64,000 bases of DNA, from the NCBI GenBank assembly GCA_977016875.1, contig CDRNST010000020.1, positions 5,580,001 through 5,644,000 of the forward strand, in the 5' to 3' direction. The notes below the pieces were generated by a model that worked only from the letters and a program-made list of their open reading frames with translations, had not been told where the DNA came from and did not search any database. This document shows, piece after piece, positions 25,633 through 37,959 of this stretch. A program made the position numbers and the translations under genes. Origin of the DNA: Pavona decussata (Eukaryota). The number at the start of each line of letters is the position of its first letter. The stretch's first letter is position 1.

Positions 25633-26592
25633 GGGAAATAAAAACCATAACTATTACAATTTTTAACCTTTGAAATCTGTCAACGAAATGTTATTTGCTC
25701 TGAACAGGTGATGGCTTTTATGTACTGTATTCTTTTATGTTTACAGATCTTTACCTTATCACCACTAAAAATTTATTAGTACAATACTGAAGCTCCCAGA
25801 GAGGCTAAGCCTTTCACAATCTAGGCTGTAACGCATATTTCTGCAAAATGTATTACCAGGTTTTGACTTGAGGCAGGACACCACCTTAGCCTTGTATTGT
25901 AGGTTGGAACCATGGGAAAAAATTATCTAGTCATATAACTAGAAATAAAAGGAAGACTTAAACATCGAAGGCCATAAATATAACTATGATTCATGTTGTT
26001 AGCTGTGGGTAAGTGATAACTTTTATTTCCTGTTTTCTTGTTTGTAGAGCTTAGCCTGAGTAAATCACATGGTTTTTGCATATATTTCATACTTTAGAAG
26101 TGCTGAAGCTGAAAATTGCACCATTGGGATGAAAATTAATTCCTCCAAAAATTTACAATACTGGTTAAAAGTGTTGCCAACCACCCCGCCCCCTCCCTCC
26201 CCCATGGCTTGTGGCCTTCAGGCTGAGGATTCTCAGGCCATGTTGATTTGAAAAATGATATTGAAGCAACTGTACCTTTGGGAAAGAAAATAATATCTTT
26301 GAACCAACATGCGATTTGTAATTATTGTAACTCATGCCTTGCCAATAAAGCCAATTATTGGCCATAAGCATCTATTTGGTAAATGTTTGACACGTGGACT
26401 TGTTATATGTCAATGTCAGTAACCGTTTCACTCTTAGAAGATATTAGCAATGGAGGCCTAATTTCTTAACTCTGGAGGAAATCTAGTGATCATAGAAACT
26501 AAAATGGTCCAAAGATATTTACAAAAATTATATTTTCTTGACTTTTTTTCCTGGCCACCAGAGGAAGTAAAAGTGTTAATATATATTATGTT

Positions 26593-27444
26593 ATGTCAAT
26601 TATGCTATGCAGTATCATGGCGGCCATAACAGAAGTGCATGAAGGAGGTAAGGGAAAAAGAAGCTTTGTTCGTGCCCCACCAACACCGGGGCGCACAAAT
26701 ACGAGCCCGAGCAAGAAACAGGCGAAAACGACAAGGGATAGGATGCAAAATCTCCAACCCGAGATTCTTGAAGCTCTTAGAAGTGTCTTGGATGAGAAGC
26801 TTGACGACTTTATCACTAGACTAAGCGCCATGATGGACGAGAAAATATCGGACCTACAGGAGAAATTTGAGGGGGTACGGGAACAGCTGTTGCAGATGAA
26901 AGAAGACTTCAATGAGACCGTGAACCATGTAGAACATGATCTACGAAAAGACATCGATTCAACATGGGAGTATGCTGTCCGCAATGAACAGTATTCTCGT
27001 AAGAATAACATCAGACTGCTTGGCCTTGAAGAAGAACCAGACGAAAACCTAGAGGCTAAATTCATTGCGTGTATGCAGGACAACCTTGGAGAGGAGGTTA
27101 AGCCAGAGGAAATTGAAATCATACATAGAGTTGGAGTAAGAAGAGTAACTGATCGCAACGACCAAAGGTCAACGCAAATCCCAAAACCCCGAGTTGTCAT
27201 CGCCAAACTAGTATCAAATAAAAGAAAGATGCGTCTTCTTGTGAAGCGGCGGCAGCTCAAGGGGAAAAAGCCGGTGTTACTGGAAGATATGGCTCATGAC
27301 CTTGCTCAACGTTTGAAGAGGCTAAAGGAGAAGCGTTCAGTTGAAACTGCATGGTTTACAAATGGAAAAATTAAATGTAAATTGAAGGATGATGCACGAG
27401 TGATGGAACTGAAAGGTTGGATTGAATTACATAATATTGAATAA
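26593..27444 (+). CDS. LINE ORF1p (coiled coil + L1-type RRM/CTD, Transposase_22-like)
   Basis: Open 283-aa ORF: heptad-rich region, then EQYSRKNNIRLLGLEE, IHRVG, PRVVIAKL, LLEDM, AWFTNGKI. Confidence 0.85.
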   Translation: MSIMLCSIMAAITEVHEGGKGKRSFVRAPPTPGRTNTSPSKKQAKTTRDRMQNLQPEILEALRSVLDEKLDDFITRLSAMMDEKISDLQEKFEGVREQLLQMKEDFNETVNHVEHDLRKDIDSTWEYAVRNEQYSRKNNIRLLGLEEEPDENLEAKFIACMQDNLGEEVKPEEIEIIHRVGVRRVTDRNDQRSTQIPKPRVVIAKLVSNKRKMRLLVKRRQLKGKKPVLLEDMAHDLAQRLKRLKEKRSVETAWFTNGKIKCKLKDDARVMELKGWIELHNIE

Positions 27445-27599
27445 AGAGCGTAAAGTAGATCAGATGTTATTGTAAATTATGAACTATAATACAATTCATT
27501 TGTTTTAATTGTAATAGACAAATAAGTGGAGAACAAAATTCTTGTGAAAAATGTGGAGTAAACCTCCACGTTAATTGTTCGAATGTTTTAATTGATCAA

Positions 27600-28382
27600 G
27601 ATGTAACCCGTGCTGGTTCTCAACAATCAATACCGTTTACACATATAGAGGATATTGAGTTCACTGATCTATTTACACTCGATACTAGACAACAAATATT
27701 TGAGAAAGATAATGATAGTTTAAAGAATTTAGTGTTCAATCCTTTTAATCAAAACTCAGGTATGTCAGACTTAGAATATCATCAGTATCAAGGTATGATT
27801 GACAATATTGCGAAATGCGACTATTATCTTGAGGAGAGGTTTAAAAGCGAAATTTCGGATAGTCTATCGGATAATTCCTACTTTTCTTTATATCATCAAA
27901 ATGTACGAAGTTTGATGGGCAAAGTAGATGACTTGCAACAGGAATAAGCACATAAATTTTCAGTGATTGGTATCAGTGAAACGTGGATTAATAATGACAA
28001 CGAATCACTTATCCATTTACCAGGTTACTCATTTGTTAACATTAACAGGAAAACAAAGTCTTTTGGGGGAGTAGGGATGTTTATACCTTCAGCTTTGACT
28101 TACCGTGTTCGAAATGACTTGAACTTACAAAAAGATGATATCATAGAGAGTATTTTTATAGAGACATACCTTAAGGAAAATGATAAAATTATAACTGATA
28201 GGAACGACCACCCACGAATAATTTTAATGACTTTGAAACAGAATTGAAAACAATCCTTCACACAATGGATAAAGAAAACAAGACCTGTATATTAATGGGT
28301 GATTTTAATATTGATCTCTTAAAATATGGGAGCAATGAACATGCAAACAGATTTCTTAATCAAATGTATAGCTCGCAGTTTT
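27600..28382 (+). pseudogene. LINE ORF2 5' part (APE endonuclease), with stops and frameshifts
   Basis: FSLYHQNVRSL, IGISETWI, GGVGMFI, MGDFNIDLLK..FLNQMYSSQF, ending at the insertion point. Confidence 0.85.
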
Positions 28383-28689
28383 AGCGGAGCTCCGCACGCC
28401 GGAGGCGTGCGTACGGAGCGCCATAGCTAAGAGAATTTGGTAACCCGTGAATGCAAAAAATTTTGGTTTGGTTATGACGTCACTTTTGTCCATCCGTACG
28501 TACGACCGTACGTACGCCCGTACGCAGCCACAGGAAAACTTAGATGTGTGAAGCCGTGCTGCTACCCGCGTTTGTTTGGCGGGAAGTTGCATCGCCAACT
28601 GCTTTAATTAAGAAAACAAAAAGATCTTTTGAAGAGAACAAAATACAAAGTCAATTTATGTGACCGACAGCGGGAGAAACAGCAAGACG

Positions 28690-29950
28690 TCTAGCGGCGG
28701 GAGAAACAAATCGACTGGCAGAATCTTGAAGTGAAACCAGTTTACTCCGATCCTGCGTGACGAAACTTGGATTTTTGCTCTTTACGTGAAACGTTTCGCT
28801 CACTTGACGTTGTAAAACAAACGAAAAAAGTTAGCTATGGAATAAATAGGACTTGTTATTGTCCGGAGAGGCGAGTATATTCATGTAATTTTGTTGACAA
28901 AACTTTGCTGGTTTGCTCTCTTGCAAGATCTTGATTTCTTGCCCCTGATTTCTTGCAGTGTTAACACACCGTTTAATTTAAGCTGAAGCTGCTAAATACC
29001 GCTAACTTCAGAGGAGTCTTTTGAGATCTTTTTTTTCGGTCCATGTTGATTATTTCCCTGGCAGTTTTATTTTCTAATGGGGTGATTTTCCGCCTTTCCT
29101 TGCTTTAGAATTTGGGGTGATTTTCCGCCATTCCCAATTTCGCCGTTCCACCCTTCCAGCTTTTAGCGTCACCGGCAGCCCAACGTTCTTACTCCGATCT
29201 GGCGCGCGGAAACGTTGGATTTTTCCTCTTGAAGTGGAGCGTTTCGGTCACTTAACGTTGTAAAACAAACGAAAAAATCAGCAATGGAATAGAAGCACTG
29301 GTTATTCTCAGAAGAGGCGAGTATATTCGTGTGATTTTGTTGACAAAACTTTGCTGGTTTGCTGTTTTGCAAGATATTGATTTCTTGCAGTGTTGACACG
29401 CAGTTTATAAGCTTATAAACTATAAAATAAGTTACTGCTAACTCCAGCGTAGTCTTTTGAGGTAATTTTATTGGTCCATGTTCATTATTTCCCTTGGAGT
29501 TATATTCTTATCTCGTCCAATTTTGCCTTCCATCAGTGGGAAAAAGAGCAAGGCGACTAGCGGCGGAAACGCCACATCATGAAGAGCGGCCGAAGAGAAA
29601 TCATTTTATACTCTGTTCCGACACGACGAAACGTTGGATTTTTCCTCTTGAAGTGAAACTTTTCGCTCACTTAACGTTTTACATGTAGAACGAACGAAAA
29701 AATCAGCAATGGAACAAAAGGACTGTTTATTCGTCAAAGAGGCGAGTATATTTATATCTATTTATGTGACAGTATATTTTTGTTGACAAAACTTTGCCGT
29801 TTTGCAAGATATTGTTTTTCTTGCAGTGTTGACCATGCAACTCGTTTAACTTTTAGCTACTGCTAACTTTACAGCAGTCTTTTGAACTCGTTTTTTCGGT
29901 CCATGTTTGTTATTTTCCTTGGAGTCTTATTTTCTGATCTCATCCCATTT
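28690..29950 (+). repeat. Central ~430-bp tandem repeats (3 diverged copies) of HINE copy 2
   Basis: GAAAC(G)TTGGATTTTT..CGAAAAAA..GAGGCGAGTATATT..TTGTTGACAAAACTTTGC at ~28762, ~29209 and ~29628. Confidence 0.85.
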
Positions 29951-32900
29951 TGCTTCATTTAAGAAATTTTATTCTCAGGAAAAATAGTCAGTCAAACACG
30001 TCTCGCTACACAGTGTCGTTGACATAAACTTACAGTTTATATAAACTGACAAGTTTTTCTCGCATAAGCTTATATATTTCTAATTTTAGCATTTATTTGT
30101 GACAATCTTTACAGAGAACAAACACAAATACTTAAAATAATAGGGTATAACGGCAAAGGTTTAGACGTGGGAGTATTTTTGACTGAGCTGAAATTAAGTC
30201 TTTTAATTTAAACAATGTTAAAAGCGAGTGTAAAACTAGTGTGATTTCATTTTCATCAAAAACATGTTCCTTTGCTTCTTGTAGGTGACTGGTAATTAGC
30301 CCATTCTTTTCATTTTTCAACTTTTTCTCAGTGTGTGGAAGGGAGTGTTTTTTCAAGTAACTCAACTGAAGTGTCAAGTTCGAAAAACACAAAGAGATTT
30401 TAAAACTCCAGATAGAAGTAAGGTCTAGTAACTCTTGCCAATAATATATTGGGTCTCGGTTTCGTCGCCTCTCGACGGTTGCTTGATTTCGCAAATCTAA
30501 TTGGAGAAATGGAGATGTTTTAAATTGTCTAGGTATATTTTAACTAGCTCCTCAGAAACCACAAAGGTACACTGTTGAAGAAAAGTCTGTAATTTTTTTC
30601 ACTGTGTTCAGCTTTCCTTCATTGAAGGATTTTTTTTGCGCTCTAGGCATTAAGTCATCAACTGGTTGTGCTGTTCCATCTAAAGAAGTAGCCGGAGATT
30701 CAAAAACACTTTAATTTGTACGCGTACCTTAAGGGCATGGAATTCTGCCCATTGTGGAGCCAGCCAACCATTTTTACTTGAGGCGCATTGCTGCTCTTTC
30801 TTAACCTTGCAGTCGTCTTTGTCAAATTCCAGTTATAACTCTCCAACATCATAGTGATAGTCACAAATTTTAGCAAAATAATTATAGCCCGGGACATGTT
30901 TTTCTAGACTTTTGGATGCTTTCATGTAATCATGATTAGCCGGGTCCTGTTAACAAAAGAAGACAAAAATAATGGCTGCTCCTCCCCCTCTGTTACAAAT
31001 TCCCTTTTAAATGTAATCTGACCGAACAGGTGCATCGTCAGTGCGCACACTTTGTCATGAGCAACCGGCATTGTTGTTGTGACTCCACCATATAAATTTC
31101 TTGTTTCTAACTCATAATTTGTAAAACCTAGCATTTTGCTTGAACAAATTATGATTCAAAGCATTGCTGATCTTTTTTTCAATATGTGCTTGACGGAGTG
31201 TGGTTTTTATCCTCTTCAGCTGACACTAGATTGCATTAATTTCTTGTCTTAATCCCATATATGGGATTAGCATGGACACCAGGTGATCGGCATGATATAT
31301 TTGTAATGTAGTGATCATGGGTACATCTGCCATATAAATTCCACATATGACATAACTATAGTTATCATTCATATTATATCCGTATAACTGTTATATACAT
31401 TGTATCTCAAAATGAAAGATAATGTGGTTATTACATGGGGAATCAGTCAACCATGTTATTCCCACATTATTGATGTCTTTAATTTTGTGTCCATATAAAC
31501 ACCATACTTGGAGTATGTTGAAAGTACATGCTTGTTATAAAACCCATATTTTGATTTAATATACCCAGTTACTTTCCATATATGGACCATATATATAGCT
31601 CTCATTTTCCCCATATTATTACCATATCATAATGGTTTGGTAAGGGCCTCTGGACATGCATTGCTCTCCATTCTTTATCTTTGTGATTTTCATAGTCAGC
31701 TAGTCACAGTTATCTTCTAAATTCCTTTGTCTGTTTTTTCATGGAATCTTAGAACATATAAATTCCCATTTTATAGAATTGCCCTAGATAATGGCATCTC
31801 CAACTGTAGAATTAGTCCTTTCAGCTTCCCCCTGGCCACTGTCTTTGTGTGCTCGATGAATCCTGATGCAGTAATTAGAGTTCCAAATTCTGGACAATTT
31901 GGTATCTCTGAACCTGACTTGACAACAGCATTATCTCAAAAAATTAGTAATGACTGCATCATAAATACTGTCCATGCATGCAGTATTTATGATAAAGACC
32001 ACATTAAAAAATGTTCGTTATTGGATTTCATCTCCAAAAGAATTTAATTTTAAAAAGAATCTATTGATATCTTGTTACAATCAAATTTGTATGATGTGAG
32101 GTTATATGGGGCTAGATCGATGTAAGTATTTGCATGAAAGAATATTAGAATGATTCCTTGGTTAAGCAAACAGCTATTTCTTGATATTATGTGGTTTACA
32201 ACATAACACCACTGCATTCTCTAGAGTCATGCAGTGAATATCAGCCTTATCCTTTTAATTTTTAGTAAAGGATTTTTGAAAGTGAAATTTATTAGTTAAA
32301 TATAAGTTCGCAAATGTAATAAAATTTTAATACTCCAGAGATGCTTGTATCAGCCATTTTAGAGGAGGTTTTAAACTTAAAAAGGGTGATAGAGGGAGTG
32401 GGCAAGGTATTTTACAATGGCTTACAGGATATCTCATGAGGGGGCGCCAGAAAAAAAATATTTAGAACATCATCAGGTTGGGGAGGGGGAGGGGGGCCTT
32501 TCAAAACATGAAAGGGAAAAAATAAAAATCATCATAGGCCCTCATCTGCATAAATTATGTACCCTCCCTCTGGATTGTTTTAGAATCTGCCACTGCCTTG
32601 GCACAAAAGCCACACACAGCGGGTGTACCTTTTTTGGTAGAGTTTATAATTAAGACCTGTTGTTTAAATTGTAACAAAAAAGAAATTGATGTAAGCTTTT
32701 TATTTACCATCACAGATCCATACCTGTAGATGTGATGAAAACACTGTACGCCTCAAGAATCACTTTGTTAATGGACGTTCTTGTTGAAGCAGTTCATAAA
32801 CTTGTAAATTATGCATTCTTGTGTGAACATTTCTGTGCACTTTCCCAATTGATAGATCCAGTTGTGTATTAAATTTCTTACCTTTTCAAAAATGTTTATG

Positions 32901-34114
32901 ATGGCAGAAGCCAAATAGAATGGGCATCTCATTATTACTCAAAAGAAAATTCACTGAGTAAAGATTTGATTAGTTGACCAGGTAGGGCTATTGCTCTAGC
33001 ATGGTCAGAGTACAACAGAGATTGGCTACAGGATGCCTGGGCCTAGCTGTGTTTATAAGCAACAGAGCGCTGTACTCAATCATTCTTATAGCTATTCAAT
33101 TGAGAGGAGACAAGGTGGCTGATATTCAGGCCATGTTTAATGCAACCAAACCCTGGCTTCTGTTGATAACTGTGATTAAAGATAAAACATCAAACTTCCT
33201 ATCAGCCATCTCTTTTAATTAAAAGAAAACTTTAAAACTTGGTAGTGAGTAATGAATTATGAAATATGTACAGGTTATAATTTTTACAGTGCAATCTCAG
33301 TTATTTGAAACTCCCAATTCTTTGAACAAATATAGTTGTTTTAAATTCTCTTGGATTGCTTCAGTCAGATTTTTACCTCCTATTTTTGGAGCAAAATTAT
33401 GTTTCCCTTTGAGGTTAAAAACAATTATTGGTATTCCACTGTAGTGATTTACATATCATTATAACAAATGTTATACCCCAAGTCAATTGTTTTCTTTTAC
33501 TTACTTTTGATCACCCTATAATAACTGTTTATTTTTCATGGGTTTTGTAATGTCAGTAACCAGTGCTACAGTTTTCTACACCTTATAACATAGTCTGGTT
33601 TACCTTTTTCAGAAACAATTAAGGAAAAACACTAATATTATTTTCCTTTTCGATTCCATTCTGTATACTGGGTTATGCAAACTCTTCTTTATTTGTATAA
33701 GAACAGTTTAAACCACTGATTGTTTTGAAGAATGAAGTAATAAAATGCTTTTAATTTGCAATATTTCAAGCAAAGTATTAGTTGTTCATCATTTTGTGAA
33801 TTCAGAAGACAACTGTTGTATGCACACTCAACACTCTACCTACATTCTCTTCTACCTACCATTTTTTTTTCTCGGAAAAACCAGAGGATGAAAAGTAAAG
33901 TAAGGAATATTTTTACAGAATGCTTATTAAATGATACATGGTAGGTATCTTGCTGTGTAAAAATGAATGGGACTTCTCAGATGAGGTGCTATCCAGAACC
34001 TGGATTGAGTGATGAAGCTGCAGCAGAGTAGTGTTTAATGACTTCTTCAATTGGGATTTTGCTTTTAAGGACAGCAAGGTCTGTACCTAAATTGAGAAAC
34101 CAGAAAATAAAATC

Positions 34115-34290
34115 TGCGGTGTAAATTTTGTGGTGATGGAAACCGTTAAATTTTCTTTTCAGTATTACCTCAGTAAGGAAATGTGGTCCTTGCAAGTTAA
34201 AGAAAAACTCTTTGATCTTGGCAGGATTCAAACCCACTACCCCAGGATTTTGATCACTGATGGACCAAATGTACTCACTAGGGCAATGCA
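34115..34290 (-). mobile_element. Degenerate tRNA-derived SINE-like sequence
   Basis: Minus strand GGGGTAGTGGGTTTGAATCCTGCCAAG resembles a Pol III B box (GGTTCRANYCC); the A box is degraded. Confidence 0.35.
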
Positions 34291-34559
34291 AAATTTATTA
34301 AGTGGTTTCCTTCACACACAGAAATTTTACACTCCAGAGATAATTCTCTGATTCCCCAGTTGGATCAGCACTGTACAGCACAAAATTTCATTATCCCTTA
34401 ATTGTTGTGTTTTTTTTTTTTTACTTTACTCCAAGTGAATTCTCATGTAGCAACGTGTAAAAAAACTGCTGGGGATAACTGACCCCTTAACTGCATGATG
34501 GATTTTTTTGGTAAAGATTTTGACAGGGGCAGTTAAGGATTTAATTACCCAAGTGTTAT

Positions 34560-34751
34560 TGTGCAGTTCCAGAAAAAATCCATACCCACCCCACAGAAGG
34601 TCATCGGAAATTCCTAGGGGGAAGGGGGGTCTTAAAAGTCAAAATTTTAGAAGCAAAGTATGAAGCTAAACTGGAATTTCCTAGGGGGAGCAGGGGTGCG
34701 AAAGAAAAGACCTTCTGTGGGGGGAGTATGGATATTTTCTGGAACTGCACA
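34560..34751. mobile_element. MITE with ~26-bp TIRs
   Basis: TGTGCAGTTCCAGAAAAAATCCATAC ... GTATGGATATTTTCTGGAACTGCACA. Confidence 0.85.
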
Positions 34752-35419
34752 TTTGATTTTATGTCAAACAATTTACTAACTTTAAAAACCAGCTACAGAT
34801 GGCTAGGGACTGCAAAAACATTTTTTTTCTGTTGAATAAATTAAAGACTTACGACATTTATTGCATTCAACAATTACATCAAAAGAACGCACTCCTTACA
34901 CAGATTGGAGTCAACCTTGATTGCCATGAATGAAAGGATCTTGGGACATGTATATGGCACCCCCTGCAGATTTTGCAGGGGCAGATGATATCATCACCAA
35001 CTTGGCAAAGGAGAGAGAACCTAAGGATTGAGGTCAACAAATGCACTCTCTAATCCAGTTTTGATCATTACTAGTTTTCATATACAGCTATTTCAATTAA
35101 CGTTGTCGGATCGAAATAAAAAAGCTAAAAGACAAGACCCCAATGTTTTGTGGGATTATTTTTTATGAATAATTTCATTAAAATCATCCCTGCACGTGCA
35201 GGTCATTGTACTGCTTATTACAACCTATTGTTTTCTCCAGGCATGACTGATTTTGATGAATTATTTATTCATAAAAATCCCACGTAAACTTTCGGTCTTG
35301 TCTTTTAGCTTTATGCTTTGAACCGACAATGTTAGTTGAAATGACTGTATATAAAGTAGCAAAAGGCACAAGTGATTGTCATGTTGACTTTGCAATATCA
35401 AGAATAAGAGCCAGACAAT

Positions 35420-36047
35420 TATGCACAAGTCAACGAAAACCCTGACCCCCCCACCCCCCACCCCAGAACAAGGTGGGGATTACAAGGGAATAGTAGGGGA
35501 TTTGATACAAAATCATGCCCGAGATGGTGGGGCATTGGAAGCGTTTAGTAGATTTAGCTGCCCCGAGTGGGTAAGGATTTGTGAACAGACTGCAATGTCA
35601 AACACCTTTTTAGATAAAACTAGTGAGCAGCACGTCTGCAAACTCTTACAGTTGTAAAACGACTTGTTTTGTCCTACACGTTTCGTGTGACAAACGCACA
35701 CTTCGTCAGGGAGTTTTACAATACAACATAAGTGACCTGTATATATACCTACATAAAAGACTAAAATAAATTTTACATTACGTAAAACCGCACCTACGCT
35801 AGCGGATTTACATGTAGGAAACAGGTAAAAAGGTGCGTAAGGTGTTACATATTTTGTGCTTGACATAATTTTGGGGCCCACAGTTTTAGCTAAAACTCCA
35901 GGGGTGGGGTATTAGGTAATGCTTTGAGTTTATGAAGGATCCCGAGGGGTGGGGATATTATTCAAGATTTGAGCAAGGTTTTTTCCAGATCTCCACCTTG
36001 TCCCGGGGTGAAGGGGGGGGGGGGGGGGGTTTGTTGACTCATGCATT
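35420..36047. mobile_element. Probable MITE (C-rich left end, G-rich right end) containing a nested Penelope-like fragment
   Basis: ATGCACAAGTCAAC ... GTTGACTCATGCAT inverted ends. Confidence 0.5.
35653..35720 (-). ncRNA. Minimal type I hammerhead ribozyme (Penelope-like element/retrozyme type)
   Basis: Minus strand: TGTAAAAC-TCC-CTGACGA-A-GTGTG-cgtttgt-CACAC-GAA-AC-gt-GT-A-GGA-caaaacaagtc-GTTTTACA. It has the CUGANGA/GAAA core, a 5-bp stem II, a 2-bp stem III with GUA cleavage triplet, and a bulged 3+8-bp stem I. Confidence 0.72.
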
Positions 36048-36594
36048 ACTGCTGTGGTTTCCCTGAACAAAACAGTGTCACTTTGCACTCTCAAAACAAA
36101 AGGATTAATATGATTGACAGGAAGTTATGAAAGGTTCATGTTTTTCCTATCGCTTCCAAAACGAATGGGAAAATTATACTGCATTCTTAGATTAAGAGTT
36201 GAGAGCAAGAAAGACATCTTGACTCTCTTAAATCAATATCAAAGGCATGGAACTGAGCACCTAATTCGAGTTTACACATACAAAAACAAAAAAAAAAAAA
36301 ACCAACTTCATGTGTACAAGAATAGCTATCAACCTGGGAAAAACAAATTTAAAAAAAATGAGCTTTTTAATCTAATTTATTGAATTAATCAGCTACAAGT
36401 ACAGTATTAGAAAATAGAAAAATGACCCAAAGCTAACTTGACTTGAAATATTTCTCCTGTATTCAAAGATCTCCAATGTGCATCTCCCTCAAATAGAACC
36501 TGAACATCAAAAAAAAAAAAAAAAATCACTCAATTTCAGTAGAAAACGATGAAATCTAAAATATTTTGTAAATCTCCATTAACGACTCGATTTT

Positions 36595-37184
36595 CAATTC
36601 TCGGTTTTCACTGTCACGCCATTGAAAAAAAAATCGAAACCATTCCATGAATGAAGTCAAGAAATTGACATGGTATAGAGGATAAATAAATAAGGCATCT
36701 GTCCCAGTGTCAGGTCTGTGCGGCATTCCGTACTCGAGTTATTTGAGAAAATGTTCCACATAAATTTATAGAGCTTAGTATGGAGACGTCATGTTTGTGT
36801 CCCTCTGAGGGGCACAAACATGGCGGCCGGAAATCCGAAAAAACATCTGGAGTTCACTTTTGCCAGAAAAGAGGTTTGTTTGCCCTTGTGAATTTTCGAA
36901 TGTTTAGATTAACAGTTTTCCTCAAACTTAAATTGTTTAGAATGATGAGAGTCATTTTTAAGATACGGAAAAACTCTGTCACGGCCGTCCTCCTTATGTC
37001 ACGCACGATGGAAACTCGGAAATTGAAACTGTTCTATTTTCAAAAGGAAGCACGACATCGAGCTAAGAAATTGTGAACAGACATATTTTTAGGTAATCTT
37101 TCCTTGAATGAAGGTAAAAATTTTTGCAGGCCTCCCAGTTTTGAATTCCAGAATTTGGTGACGTCACGTGAAAACCGAGAATTG
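36595..37184. mobile_element. MITE with 17-bp perfect TIRs
   Basis: CAATTCTCGGTTTTCAC ... GTGAAAACCGAGAATTG. Confidence 0.82.
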
Positions 37185-37959
37185 GCCCGTAGTTTGAAAC
37201 AATCTCGTAGTATTGTGCATTTTATGTTACCGACCATATCAATTCATATAACAACACTGGCCTACTATTGTCCTTATTAGCTTGCCATTTTAACATTATC
37301 TTGATTAAAGATCAAAGATTTTTTTAGCAAATTGCTCTTCCTTCAGAAAAAAAAAACATCAAACAGTACAAAGATGTGCATCCATACATAAAGATTTGAA
37401 GTTATCTTACCTCCTTGATTGACAGAGCCGTCGGACCTTTTGCCTTCCACCGACACAGCAAAACCCCATCTACTTTTGACATTTATCAAACTAAAAATTT
37501 TCCTTCAGCCCAACAAATTTGCTGTAGAAAGGAACATTTTTCACACAGTCACGCAGGAAAAATAACATGAAGAAAACTTCTTCCTCTTCTTCAACTTAGC
37601 AAAGAGCCAAAGACAACTAAATTCGCCCCTTCCGCCGCCATTTTTGACGCGCTGGGGCTCTGGGGACGAGACTGGGGCACAAGCGCAAAGATCACCTCCT
37701 CCTTACCGCGGTGAAAGGAAAATTAAGGAAAAAATGCCTTCTGTTACAACAAAGCAGCATTACATAATTTTGCCTTCTGTATGACATTATTATTGTTATT
37801 GTCGATGGGAAGTTTGCTTCATATGCACTAAAAATATATATAACTGCAGAAAGAATGAGAAACTGGTAAGGTTACTACGCTCATACGAAAAGCAGATTTC
37901 TATAAATGCTATGAAAAAAATTGGAGCTCCGCTTTTAGGCTTGGCTAAATATATATATT

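Larger units (their letters stand above)
28383..37959 (+). mobile_element. Non-autonomous Helentron-like (HINE-type) element, copy 2, ~9.6 kb with cargo
   Basis: Same 5' ~200 bp as copy 1 (AGCGGAGCTC, hairpin, CCATAGCTAAGAGAATTTGGTAACCCGTGAATGC, GTAC/GTCC repeat) and same 3' ~190 bp (GGAGCTCCGCTTTTAGGCTTGGCTAAATATATATATT). Removing it restores CAG TTT TAT CCT (QFYP) of LINE ORF2 with no TSD. Confidence 0.8.
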
